In this document: positions 1-13,097 of the stretch, piece by piece
Position numbering within the stretch: position 1 is the first letter of the stretch
Layout of the letters: every line of letters starts with the position of its first letter
Assembly (NCBI GenBank): GCA_051362555.1
Contig: CM120640.1
Location: forward strand, 30,957,967 to 31,021,966
Length of the DNA: 64,000 nt
From: Lingula anatina
Taxonomy: Eukaryota > Animalia > Brachiopoda
Direction: 5' to 3'
Made by a program: the position numbers and the translations under genes
The notes under the pieces: generated by a model
What the model was told of the DNA's origin: nothing
Databases searched by the model: none
The model's input: the letters and a program-made list of their open reading frames with translations, nothing else

Positions 1-145
1 TCTGTGAGTTTCAAGCTAAAAGGTAAAACAGTGTGCCACTTATCATGTTATCAGTGAAAGCGCATGGCAACGACGGTGACGGCAACAGCAACAGCAGACA
101 CAGGTGACGGTTACATGTACAGACACACCTGTGTCTGTACATAAA
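1..145 (-). mobile_element. Terminal part of a non-autonomous Helentron-like element (HINE family A), cut by the window edge
   Basis: GGCAAC/GACGGC-type microsatellite (65-110), then hairpin TGTACAGACACA-CC-TGTGTCTGTACA (116-141), then an A-run joining satellite sequence. The same end occurs at about 2655-2681. Confidence 0.65.
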
Positions 146-221
146 AATCTGAAATAAGCTGATCACTTCCCTGTTTCCAATTTAAGTGTAGTTAATTGAT
201 ATCAGAAGAGTGAGAATTAAT

Positions 222-2684
222 ACAAGTCAGCAAAGCTGTCAAATGTACAGACAAAAAAACAGGCAATAACTATGCAGAAAATAGACTACTGTCAATTCTG
301 ATGCAAAAGTAAATTATGTTAAACTGCAAATTCAACACCAAATTTAAATTATGCTCAACAGGTAATACCAATGTAAGTAAAATGTGTAACAAGTTAACAC
401 TTTGAAAATGTTTAACCTCCAGAAAAAGAAGCCAATTAGACTGCTTTTCAAATTCAGGCTGCATTTTAGTCCTGTATTTCTTTTTAGAAAGTTAGGCAAT
501 CATAAGTAACATGGTTTTCCCATAATGGTCCTCATGGCAGCAGCACGTTTTTTTCAAATTTTGATGCAATATTACATAATGTTTAACAGCATAATGACCA
601 TCAATTTTAATAATAAAATATTAGTATTATGGATATTCAGAAAATGTGACTAGCAAAGGTCTTCAGGCCCATGGAACTTCAAAGTCACAACAACAAAAAA
701 AGCATAACTACTACAATAGTTGCCCCGATCATGCTGATTTTCGAACATGACCTGCGTTTTATGAATATTCATCAGCTTTGTAAATATATAGCCAAAAAGT
801 AAAACTGCCTTCCACTTATCGTGTTTACAATGAAAGTGCATGGCGTCGGCGACAGAGACAGTGACGGCGACGACAGACGCAGGTGATGGCAATATGTACA
901 GACACATCTGTGCATATTTACTGTATTGTTTGAGACCAGTAAGTGACATGGTTTTTCTTAAATGGTCATTATGGGAGCAGTGCCCAAAATAGGTTTTTTT
1001 CAAATTTTGATGCAATATTACATAATGTTTAACAGCATAATGACCATCAATTTTTAATAATAAAATATTAGTATCATGGATATTCAGAAAATGTGACTAG
1101 CAAAGGTCTTCAGGCCCATGGAACTTCAAAGTCACAACTTGAAAATGCCAAAATGTAAACAAGACAGCACTGTTCTGAAATGGTTTTTTTTTTTTATTTA
1201 TAACAATTTTTTTAACATAAAACAAAATTAACAGGTTACTGCCATTTTTATACGATCAACTAAGAAAATTGATGACATGGGAAAAATATCAATACAACAG
1301 TGCTGAATGTCCAATTTCCTCCATTCTGAGATTCTGAACATAGTGAATGATTGAATCTGACAAACTGCAATGATATGAGTTTATTTCCATTTTTGAAACT
1401 TTATTACACAATACACGATAACAAGCTTACCATCATTTTTACAAAATCAACTAATAATGTTGTAAAGATGCAGGAAATGTCAACCAAACACTTTTACATA
1501 TCTTATTAGTTCAATAATGAGACTGTTAACATGCCTAAGAGTTGAATCTGAGGAAATGTGAAAAAACAGCATAACTTCTAAAATAATGCCCCGATTATGC
1601 TGATTTTCGAACTCAACCTACATTTTAGTAAGACTGACCACTCCTGTGAGTTTAATGACAATTGGCCTATCTGTTTTTCTTATATTGTGTTTACAGTGTT
1701 GCATATATGCTGAAAAATGAACAAGACAGCACTGTTCTGAAATGGGTTTATTTCCATTTTTAACACTATTTAAACATAAAACAAAATAAACAGTTTACTG
1801 CAATTTTTTTATGATCAACTAAGAAAATTGATGAGATGGGGAAAATATCAAAAGAACAGTGTTAAATGTCCATTTTCCTCCATTCTGAGATTCTGAACAA
1901 AGTGAATGATTGAATCTGACAAACTGCAATGATATGAGTTTATTTCCATTTTTGACACTTTATTACACAATACATGATAACAAGTTTACCATCATTTTTA
2001 CATAATCAACTAACAATGTTGTAAACATGCAGGAAATGTCAAACAAACACTTTTATGTATCTTATTAGTTCAATAATGAGACTGTTAATATGCCTAAGAG
2101 TTGAATTTGAGGAAATGTGAAAAAACAGCATAACTTCTAAAATAATGGCCCAATTATGCTGATTTTCGAACTCAACCTGTGTTTTAGTAAGATTGCCCAC
2201 TCCTGTGAGTTTAATGACAATTGGCCTATCTGTTTTTCTTATATTGTGTTTACAGTGTTGCATATATGCTGAAAAATGAAAAAACAGCATAACTACTAAA
2301 ATAGTGGCCCGATCATGCCGATTTATGTACTTGACCTGCGTTTTAGTAAGATTGATTACTCCTGTGAGTTTCAAGACAACAGGCCTAACGGATTTCCTTA
2401 AAATGTGTTTACAGTGTTGCATATATGCTGAAAAAAGAAAAAACAGCATAACTTCTACAATAATGGCCCGATCATGCTGATTTTCAAACTTGACCTGCGT
2501 TTTATGAATATTCATCAGCTCTGTAAATATAAAGCCAAAAAGTAAAACTGTCCTCCACTTATCGTGTTTACAAGGAAAGTGCACGGCATCGGCGACGGCA
2601 TCGGCATCGGCATCGGCGACGGCATCGGCGACGACAGACGCAGGTGATGGCAATATGTACAGACACATCTGTGTCTGTACATAA
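222..2684 (-). mobile_element. HINE family A composite (Helentron-associated non-autonomous element with ~159-bp internal tandem repeats)
   Basis: Left end ACAAG-TCAGCAAAGCTG (small hairpin)-TCAAATGTACAGAC (subterminal IR). Right end GGCATC/GGCGAC microsatellite plus TGTACAGACACA-TC-TGTGTCTGTACA hairpin. Repeats with 159-bp period (TCCTGTGAGT at 2201 and 2360). Interrupts the satellite unit GAGAATTAA|CAAAAACAAATATTTC without a TSD. Paralogous to 46636-49440. Confidence 0.7.
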
Positions 2685-2707
2685 AAAACAAATATTTCAA
2701 AATTGCA

Positions 2708-2966
2708 ACTAGAAAAGCACTCCAAGAGCGCAGACCTCTGCCATGGCAGCAATTTTTGATTACTTTTGATTGATTATTGATCCAGATCATCACCAATCTG
2801 TTCCTTGGCCCACCACACCACTAATCATCTGTTCCTTGGCCCACTTCTGACAGTTCCTGAAAATTTCATCAAAATCAGTCCATAACTTTTTGAGTTATGT
2901 TGATGACAGACCGACAAACAGACAAACAAACAGGGGTGAAAAGATAACCTCCTTGGCGGAGGTAAT
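2708..2966 (-). mobile_element. Short non-autonomous Helentron/DINE-1-like element (family B)
   Basis: ACTAGAAAAGCACTCCAAGAGCGC (stem-loop) followed by AGACCTCTGCCATGG subterminal IR; (ACAG/ACAA)n microsatellite; terminal hairpin ACCTCCTTGGCGGAGGT-AAT; no TSD. Confidence 0.75.
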
Positions 2967-3010
2967 AAATTTCAAATAAAGCATCAAATGTGATGACTTG
3001 TGTTTGTTTG

Positions 3011-3376
3011 GTGTGTGTGTGTGTGTGTGTGTTTGTGTCAGGGCACTTTATACAGTATATATTGGTATCTGTAAATCTCATACTACGTGAGTGATCTTTT
3101 CTTATAATAAAGATGAGAATCCTAACACACACTAAAAGCCACCTTCAACTCTGCAAGGGGCACTGCCAAAACACACATCCTCAGAGGCCCAGCTCTGAAT
3201 CATGTTATTTTGGTAAAGTGGAATTCAACTAGGGCATGAGCCGACCACCCACAACACTGCAACCAGTCCACCCTCCCCCTTATCAGACCGGCAGTGCCAC
3301 TACTATGCCTTGTCTACCACGATCAGAGGCGAGACGCCTCTATCATACCAATCACGGAATGTCCTTTTCAGGCCAC

Positions 3377-3467
<91 letters not shown>

Positions 3468-3690
3468 ATCTATAAATCTCATGCTACGTAGGCGAGACAC
3501 CTACCTCCTCATCAAAGGCAATCTTTTCTCATAATAAAGGCGAGAAGCCTAACACACTCTAAAAGTCGCCTTCAACTCTGCAAGGGGCACTGTCAAAACA
3601 CACATCCTCAACATCCTCAGAGGCCCAGCTCTGAATCGTGTTATTTTGGTAAAGTGGAATTCATCTACAGCATGAGCCGACCACCCCCAA
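3011..3690. repeat. Two-copy ~400-bp tandem duplication, each copy headed by a microsatellite, including compound (GT)n(AT)n at 3379-3463
   Basis: GGTATCT.TAAATCTCAT...CTTCAACTCTGCAAGGGGCACTG...CATGAGCCGACCACCC occurs at about 3064-3250 and 3465-3686. Confidence 0.85.
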
Positions 3691-3694
3691 CACT

Positions 3695-4542
3695 TAGGTC
3701 AAAGGTCAATTTCAAGTTCAGAGTAAGGTTGCCAGTATGTGACTTCCTATACAAGTTCAATAGTAAATATGGGCCTAATTCTGCCAGTCTTGGAGATGTA
3801 AGGGACTAAAATGGGTGTATCTTTGCTAATTTTGGAATTACAGTAATGTGCCATAAAATTTGTACAGAAGAAGTTAATTGAAATGACAAAAAGATTGTTT
3901 TGCTTGAAATTCATGAAATGGTGGGTGCTGAGAAATTCCAATTTTCGAATTTCATGGAATTCTGTCATTTTTGACCCCAAGTTGTCTGTCCCTCACTAAG
4001 CCTAATGTTATCTTTTCCTGACATTCAAAATTTATGGCATATTACTGTATTTCATATTCTATTTTCACAACACGTTGCACTTTTTGACACAGCACAACTC
4101 GTAAACCGTATGGAAAACAAAAAAATGGGCACCACTTCAAGTGTTGGGCTTGACATGCTCCACAAAATGCAAAAGAATAAGAGGTCTCTAGCATTTACGG
4201 TTCCTGAATTAGAGAGAATTTTTAGTTTTGGCATCTTATGGCGGCTACTCCCAAGAATATGCACTGATTGACCCCAAACTCAGGAGGATGAAAAATAACC
4301 TTAAGGTTAACACCTGCCCATAATATTATAGGCAAGGTCTGTGTAGTTTCTGAAAATCAGTAGCAATAAAAATTTTTTTGCAAAAAATTCGTTTTTTTAG
4401 TTTTTTAATCCAAGAGATGGGTACGCAGGCTCTTGAAGTCTAGGAGGAAAAATGGTAACGGTGACTTGGCGGCAAAGCCAGCGAAATATGAGTGTCAGGA
4501 CTAAAACTATGTGTACCGCCAGCGCCTACGCTGGTGGTACAA
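3695..4542 (-). mobile_element. Probable Helentron-like non-autonomous element (family C), truncated
   Basis: Terminal hairpin TGTACCGCCAGCG-CCTA-CGCTGGTGGTACA (4512-4541) followed by an A-rich junction into satellite. AGGTCAAAGGTCA...TGACTTCCTAT core resembles HINE-type repeats. Confidence 0.45.
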
Positions 4543-5416
4543 TGAAAATCTGAGATAAGATTATCACTTCACTGTTTCCAATTTAAGTGTAGTTAATTGG
4601 CAATTGATATCAGAAAAGTGAGAAATCACAAAAACAAATATTTCAATATTGCAATAAATCATTTTATCTCAAATGAAACATCAAATGTGATGACTTGTGC
4701 TTGTTTGTGTAGGAAGTGGCAAATTACCTATTATTGTCATCTGGAAAACAATATATATCCATTCAAGACCTCTCCTTACTACCAATACCTGGTGCAGATT
4801 CCTCCTTCAGTGGGTTTCTGGAATCAGGCTGTTAGCACAAACCATTTGACAATGTCCTAAATCTTGCCACATATCAGGTATTGTACACATGGATGAGACA
4901 GAACTGCTCTTGATGCTGTTTTTCACTGCCTGTTTTTTCTATAGGCATTAGCCATGACCAGACAGGTAGAGTCAGTCCACCAAGAAGCCTCCATGCTGCA
5001 AGGCAAGGGTTACCTGGAAAAAGGAGACAGGGTGAAGTAGTGAAGAGATGAACATTATTTTATAAAAGACAAAGCCCTGATAGGCAACCACATCAATGTT
5101 AGAAAAAAATTAAACTATGGTGTACTGTCAAGCATTCAAAAGGGTATGGCAGAGACAAGTGGTGTGTTGAATGACCTGTCATAAGAAGTCACACTTGTGA
5201 CTGCAGAGATTGATACATTTATCTATTTGCAAAGTAAAAAGTGATAATAAAATATCTATTAATGTTTCATGTGAAATGTGCAAAAAAAAATTAAACAACT
5301 GTTAAACTGCGATAAGCTTTTCTGTTGACCATGTGTATTTGATGTGTAATTTTAGACAGTATATTCAAGAAAACTAAAAATTATATTGAAAATACAAACA
5401 AATTCCATGGCTTAAA

Positions 5417-5604
5417 ACTAGAAAAGCAGACCTTCGCCAAGGCAGCAAAGTCTCCACCCAATGCCGTTTCACTCCTTAATTTTCATTCCATAATGATTTA
5501 GTTTTTTGATTTTTGATTATTGATTGATTAATGATCCGGATGACCACCATCTGTTCCTTGGCCCACTTCTGACAGTTCCAGAAAATTTCATCAAAACCGG
5601 TCCA
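5417..5604 (-). mobile_element. Truncated copy of HINE family B inserted in satellite
   Basis: ACTAGAAAAGCAGACCTTCGCCAAGGCAGC and CTGTTCCTTGGCCCACTTCTGACAGTTCC.GAAAATTTCATCAAAA are shared with 2708-2966. Confidence 0.7.
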
Positions 5605-5784
5605 TGACAAATCTGGTCCAATTTACGTGAAATTTTATAAATGATGCTTTAGAACAATAAAAATCTGAGATAAGCTTATCAGTTGCCTGCATCTAATGAA
5701 AAGCATTTTTTGGACAATGTATTTGAGAAAACTGAAAATTACATTGAAATGACTGGCAAATATGCCATGGCTTCTAATAGTTAA

Positions 5785-6081
5785 AGGGATAATAACTCTT
5801 CGTTTTAGCCAAAAAATGAATTTTCCTGGAGTAAACAACAATTTTCCCATACTAACCAATGGTTAATGAATCCATTTTTACATTCAAAGTTAGTCTCTTA
5901 AGAGATTATAACAGAGTATAGCTATCAATGGAGGTCACGTGGTCTGAAGACAAGCTCATATATCAGAATAATAGCTGTAACTGCCGTTTTTGTGGTAAAA
6001 CAGAATATATTATATTTCTATGAGTTGTTCACAATGTTTTTATTGTGAAATATAGATATCATATGAAGAGTTATTATCCCT
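5785..6081. mobile_element. 297-bp TTAA-target MITE (Kolobok/CryptonV-like)
   Basis: Perfect 17-bp TIR AGGGATAATAACTCTTC / GAAGAGTTATTATCCCT with TTAA on both sides (5781-5784, 6082-6085). Removing it restores the satellite AATAG-TTAA-ACGTTAATAATT. Confidence 0.9.
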
Positions 6082-6589
6082 TTAAACGTTAATAATTTAG
6101 ACAAATCTGGTCCAACGTTTGTGAAATTTGTATAAATGATGCTTAAGAACAATAAAAAATCTGAGATAAGCTAATGACTTCACTGTTTCTAATTTATTAA
6201 GTCTAGTTAATTGGCAATTGATATCAGAAGAGTGAGAATTAACAAAAACAAATATTTCAATATTGCAATAAATCATTTCATCTCAAATGAAACATCAAAT
6301 GTGATGACTTGTGTTTGTTTGTGTAGGAAGTGGCAAATTACCTATTACTGTCATCTGGAAAACAATATATACCCATTCAAGACTTCTCCTTACTACCAAT
6401 ACCAGATGCAGATTTCTCCTTACAGTGTGATCTGGAAACAGGCTGTTAACACACACCATTTGACAATGTCCTGAATCTTGCCACAGGGATTCCTGGAAAA
6501 AGGAGACGGGGTGAATTAGTGAAGAGGCAAAGTTAAACATAATTTTTTAAAAGACAGAGGCCTGACAAGGCACCAGCAGCAATGTAAGA

Positions 6590-7150
6590 AAACTACACAA
6601 TAAAGCTGACAAATATACAGGCACCATACAGGAAACAAGGCAGTAAAGCTGACAAATGTTCAGAGGCAGAAAAGAGTGTACCAAATAATGTTTTGGCCAA
6701 TTCTGATGCACTATCACATAATGCTTTAAAACAGCATAATCACTCCTACCCTCTTACATTATGAACTACAGGTAACATGGACACTGAAAAAAACTAGCAA
6801 GTAATTTAGTTTCATCAGCAATAAAAGCCACTGAAAATGCTAATGTGTGAAAAATAAAATATTAAAAAAAAAAAAAAAAGGAAAAAAAAAACAGAACAAT
6901 TACCATAAATGTAAATTGATCATGCTGGTTTTTGAAAACATTATTTGCCAAACAAACCTACACAGTAAATTTAATGTTAAACAAAAATACGGTTTGGCAC
7001 TTATGGGGCAAATGTCACCAAAAATGGACAAAAAAGGAACAGCATAATTACTGTAAATGATTTCTCATCGTGCCAATTTCCCAAAGCAACCTGCCTCTTT
7101 ACCAAACAAAGCCACTCAAAAAATATAATGTAAAACAAAAGATTTTTTGA
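6590..7150 (-). mobile_element. Diverged HINE family A segment
   Basis: AAAGCTGACAAATATACAGGCACCATACAGGAAACAAGGCAGTAAAGCTGACAAA and downstream sequence are colinear with 45840-46400. Confidence 0.65.
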
Positions 7151-8399
7151 CAGTAATAAAATTGTTTTCAACTGACAATATATTCCAGAAAAATGAAAAT
7201 TACATTGAAAATACTGGCAAATTCCATGGCTAGAAATAGTTCAAGGTTAATAATTTTGACAAATCTGCTGCAATGTTTTTGAAATTTGTAGAAATGATGC
7301 TTAAGAACAATAAAAATCTGAGATAAGCTTATCAGGTGACTGTGTGCAATGAAAGTGATTTTTCATACAATATATACAGAAAACTGAAAATTACATTGAA
7401 AACACTGGCAAATGCCATGGCTTAAATTAGTTAAAAGTTAATAACTTTGACAAATCTGGCCCCATAATTGTGAAATTTGAAAAATGATGCTTAAGAACAA
7501 TAAAAATTTGACATTAGCTGATCAGTTGACTGTGAGTAATGAAAGTAATTTTTCGGACAATATATTCCAGAAAACTAAAAATAACATTGAAATGACTGGC
7601 AAAAAATAGTTAAACTTTTATTATTTTGTCAAATCTAGTCCAACTTACGTGAAATTTGTACAACTTTAGCTTAAAAACTTTAATAATCTGAGATTAGCTT
7701 ATCAGATGGATCGATCTAAATCTGTGGGAACCCAGTCTAAGCCTTCAAATCCTATAGAACATTAAGGGAACACTTAATATTGTTTCTTAGTGCCCAAGAA
7801 ATAAGCGAAATGCAAATTTATAACATACAAGCCAAACTTCCCTTTCCACTATTTTTCCTCTGTCACGATGAGAAACATTTTACTTTTAAGTTCTAATCTC
7901 AAACAAGCTACTTCTATTCATCAATGTCAAAGCTTATGAATATGTAAACATTTGAGGTGGGATAGGCCAATAAAATGATATATAAAACTCATAAATAAAG
8001 TAACTACCATGTGTTTAACAAAGAGCACCTGCTATTAATATTGAACTGTGGGCTAGCTGTGGTCCATATAGTGACTAGGTTAGGTCACACAACTCTGCCT
8101 TCTGGGAACGTTTTGAAGTCAAAATGGCGACTAGCACAAATAATGATGTTCTGATATTTTAAGAATTTATATACAATTTAAAACATTCTCAACGATAGGA
8201 AATGCTTATAGGTATGTGTAACAAACTCATAAATGATTGACCAAACTAACACTTTAATATAAAAGACAAGAAACTGACAGTCCACCTGCGTCAGTTCTGA
8301 AAATTATTAAACTATGGTGCACTGCCAAGTGTCCCACCTTATATGGCAGACATCTGTGTTTTGGTAATTTAAATGTGATTGCTGAGACAGGCACAATTC

Positions 8400-9950
8400 T
8401 TGATCTAAATAAAATGATCAGAACTCTGCCAAATCTGCTTGAATTTTTGTGAAATTTACACACAAATTGCCTAACACTTTTAAAAATCTGTAATATAATA
8501 TGTCAGCTGCCTGATACTAGTTGACTTACATTTTGTGATGAGAAGTGAGAAAAAATAAAAAATTACTTATTAAAATTCTAAATTATGACAAATAATATTC
8601 ACACCCCGAGAAAATGAAACAAAAAAGGTGATAATTGGTGTTTGTTTCTCAACAAAACAAGATCAACTGTTAATTTTGTGTACCACCTGCAAGCAGTCCA
8701 GTTACTGTCATGGCAATGTATAACTGTCAAACTGTGCGTGAACTAGAATAAAGATAAACGTTAATTAAATAAAACATTCAAAACAATCATCCACTGATGA
8801 TCAGAAGCAAATGAATATCCAATATTTCAGCCCACCAAGTTACATGTCCTTCAGTCACTATATATAAATAATAAAATGCACATGAAAGATATTTTAAGAT
8901 AAGTATTCATTTTGTATAACAATGTTTTGTGCATATAAGATGAAATGGTTTAATCTAAACAATCTTTATTGTATGAAAGGTGTGGACCAAAAAAATACTT
9001 GAGACTAAAAGTACAATGCACATTACAATTTAATTAAAATAAATGAAAAAAAAAACAGTGGAATAAAAAGTAATCCACGTTTTTCAAATCACAATAAAAA
9101 CCACATGAGTCCAAAAACTGTGATAATTGGTGTTTGTTTTCTCTACAGAGGAAAAACAGAAAACCAATAACCTATTCTTACATCTAACACAAAACCAGAC
9201 GTTCATTTTATGTACTACCTGCAAGAAGTCCAGTTACCTGTTTACCATGGCTGTCATGTCTCTGGCTCTTCACAACCCATTCATCCTGAAACTTGTTGTG
9301 TCTTCCACAACTGGGTGAGATGAAAGGATATTCCTGCAGCTGCCATTTCCTGTCTATTTCACACATCGGAGTTGTGGTGATTGAAATGTGATAAGTTAAA
9401 AATGACCTTGTCTTTTGGAGGCTACTGGACACCATTGTGACTGCTGAAACTATCACAATCTCAGACTGATCACAGTTAAATCAACAGAACTCTGTCAAAT
9501 CTGCTTGGATTATTTGTGGAATTTGCAAACAAACTAACTAAACACAATAACTTTAGAAATCTGGGATAACTATACCAGGTGGCTGTGCCTTATTTTGTGA
9601 GGAGTAAGATGGGAGAAGTGCAAAAAAAATTATTAAATTTTAAAAAAACACAAAATATGATCACTGTTTTGTTGATCTATAGGGGAAGGATAAGAGACAA
9701 ATTTTGTGTTACATAGCTTGTAAAACAAAACCAAGTGTTTATTTTGTGTATTACCTGCAATCAGTTCTGTTCCCATCTTGGAAATGGGTGACCTGAGGGA
9801 AGTCATGTCACTACTCCACTTTAGGTCCAATAAATTTCATCCCAAACTGACCACATCAAGCAGGCCACTATGGAGACACATGACACTGTACAACAGCTGT
9901 CAAATTGTGTGTGTGAACTAGAAAAAAAAAGATAAACATTCATTAAATAT
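8400..9950 (-). pseudogene. Duplicated, decayed exon-like segments, possibly Ulp1-like (C48) protease remnants
   Basis: Three related donor-ended segments (plus strand TACCTGCAA/CACCTGCAA at about 8685, 9216, 9752). Minus-strand fragments read EWVVKSQRHDSHGKQ..NWTSC and DFPQVTHFQDGNRTDC, resembling the H-x-x-Q-x-D-x-x-S/D-C-G motif. Frames are broken. Confidence 0.3.
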
Positions 9951-12900
9951 TCAACAATGGCCAACAGTGATTCACAGCTTTCTGTTTAGAATATATAGCG
10001 TATTTTGCTTTATTATATTCATTAACTTGGAAAATGTAACATAAACACATTTAAATATTAATTATCAAGAAACAATACACTTAACTTCACAGAGTTGGGA
10101 AAGCATGCTGCGATCCTGAATTGGCGGTTAAACAGAAACGACATGCAATCGACACTTTTGTCCAAGCTCTCCGTTTAAAATATACATTGTATTTTGCTTC
10201 ATATTCATAAAGTTTGGAAAATGTAACATTAAACACAAAAAAATATATTATCAGGGAAGAGTACACTTAACTTTACATTGTGCACATGGATAAAACATGG
10301 TGCTGCGTTTGGTGCTGTCTTTCACTGCCTGCTTTTTCATGGTAAGGGCACTCTGAAAAAAGAACAATATAACTGAAAAAAATGATAATTACACTAAAAA
10401 CACTGGTAAATTCCATGACTTAAAATAGTTAAATGTTAATAATTTTGACCAATCTTGTCCAATGTTTCTGAAATCTGTACAAATGATGCTTAACAACAAT
10501 AAAAATCTGTGATAATCTTATCAGTTGTCTATGTCTTTTTTTAAGCATCAAGTTTATTGGAAATTGATAACGAGAAGAGTGAGAATTCACCAAAAGAAAT
10601 ATTGCAATATTGCAATGTATTATTTACTCTCAAAGAAAACAGCAAATGTGATGATTTGTGTTTGTTTGTGTAGGAGGTAGCAAAATACCTATAACTGTTA
10701 TCTGGAAAACAATGTTTACCTATACAAGACTTCTTACTATCAATGCCAGATGCAGATTACTCCTTACAATGGGTTTCCGGAATGGGTTGCTGTTAGCACA
10801 ATATTTGACAATGTCCTAAATCTTGCTACATATCATGTATTGTACACATGAATAAGATTTAGTGCTGCTCTTGGTGCTGTCTTTCACTGCCTGCTTTTTC
10901 ATGGTAAGGGTACTCTAGAAAAAGAACAATATAACTGAAAAAAAAACTGAAAATTACATTGAAAAGACTGGCGAATCCCATGACTTAAAATAGTTAAACG
11001 TTAATAATTTTGTCAAATCTTGTCCAATATTTCTGAAATTTTTACAAATGATGCTAAACAACAATAAAAATCTGTGATAAGCTGATCACTTGTCTGTGTC
11101 TATGAAAAGTATTTTCTTCGGATGATATATTTGAGAAAACTGAAAATTACACTGAAAACGCTGGCAAATTCCATGACTTAAAATAGTTAAACGTTAATAA
11201 TTTTGACAAAATGTGTCCAATATTTCTGAAATTTGTTTAAATGATGCTTAACAACAACAAAAATCTGTGATAAGCTGATCAGGTGACTGTGTCTAATGAA
11301 AAGTATGTTCTTCGGATGATATACTTGAGAAAACTGAAAATTACACTGAAAACACTGGCAAATTCCATGTCTTAAGAGGGAAATGTACCCAAATATTGCT
11401 AAAAATCATCACTTTGGGTTTTTTATGTCTAATTATTGGTTAAATGTGTATCTAACATTTAACTGAATAACCTTTTTACATTTTGAACAGAAAATATGGT
11501 GGCTTGGTCTGTGCCCAGCCTTCGTTGCCAAGGGCCGTTGGCATGGGTAAACTCGGTGGGAGGACCTTAGCAGCATCAGTACGACTCGCCAAACAATAAA
11601 AAAGGAACATGTCACACTCCCTTTTTCATAAACAGCGATTGGCAAAGCATTGCCTATTGTTCCGCTTAAGCTGTTTTGATAGTCGCTCTTGATTGTGATC
11701 ACCACTAAGGAGAATCTTTTCTGAGACATTGGATTTTCTCAAAATACACGTTTTTCCTTGAATTGTTTGTTGCTATACATGTATTTTTGATTTTCTTCTT
11801 AATATTTTGAGATACGATAAAAAGAGAAACATTCCACTGCTTGCTACCTGTGACAGCAACTGTCAAACTATCGATCAATCTTCCACAGCAGCTCTATACA
11901 GTCGTCAGATTTTATAGATCTATGCAACTTGGGCCTAGAAACGAGGTGCATGTTTATCAAATCTTTAACTTGACAACTAATGATTACTTGGCTCTACGAT
12001 GGTGATGATGGTGATAATTTGTGTTTTGGACTTTTTCTGAGCAAATCAATGTAAACATTTCGTCAAATACTGACTGGAATCATATACAAGATTGCTTTGA
12101 AAAGACTTGAGCCCATATCCTAGCGTAACCTTTCATCGAGTGGCGTAAAATTTCAGTACATGTGCAAAAAAATACTAAGCAAACAGAGCTAATGATATGG
12201 CTAGACTCCTTTTTTTGTGTGAACAACAGTAGGCTGAGATCACGTGAGGGCTGTATTATTAATAACATTTTGATTTTTCAGAATTATTCATTTCAGCTAT
12301 GAGATATGAGCTGGAGAATAAGCCCTAGCATTTTCAACCTAAATGCTGGTATACTGCGAGGTACAGTTCTAGATGCATGTATGCACTTTCAAGGCCGACA
12401 TGGTTTTTTTCTTCAATAATTATCCCAATTTCTGACAAACACAACATTACACATTTCCTCTAACAAGCCCTGCCTGCATGGTTGCATCTATTTCTTGTTG
12501 TTGATGGTCCGATCGGCGTCCTGTAACACGACCCTGTTTTTGAACCATTTTTTGCTCAGCTAATGTGGACAAGACCGCCTGCGATGATGCTATATTGTGT
12601 GCACATCCTAGAGCGCATCCCTAACACTTGCCCCAGCGTCAACTGATGTGGCCACTGATTGGTTGAGTAGTTAGAGCTTACTTGATTGCCTGTCAATCAT
12701 TCTGGCAGTGCTAGCGGTAACCCCTTGAAGTTATTAACAGAAGGTGAGATTGATACAAAAATAAGATCTTCTGACATCCAAATGCATGTAAGCAAGCTAA
12801 TTTCAACCGGCTATAGAGTACCTATCTTCGCGATCATCAGAACGATAGCAGGTAAAGCTGTCAACATTTTAATTTGCTATTTTGGACAATTAACCTCCCT

Positions 12901-13097
12901 GAAGGGTTTTTGCTTTCAAGATTGACGAAATACATGTAGCGTTATCGGAGCAAGCTTTAACTGTCTACCTGTACACTTGAGGTAGATCAAATTCACCAAG
13001 CTTAGAAAGAAAAGTATGCACTACAAGTACGTTTTAAAAATTTTTGATTGATCCTCTCTTTTCCAATTTATTGACTTTGAAAGAGAAAATTCCTTAA

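Noticed and set aside
650-2796. ORFs of 121-237 aa, and their paralogs at 47474-49470
   Set aside because: Translations of HINE microsatellite and 159-bp internal repeats; frames are not conserved between copies.
3236-3534. CVCV/YIYI ORFs, and similar ORFs at 25196, 35026 and 41712
   Set aside because: Translations of microsatellites or homopolymer runs.
7762-8256. Another TTAA-GGGAACAC transposon
   Set aside because: No matching right-hand TIR was found.
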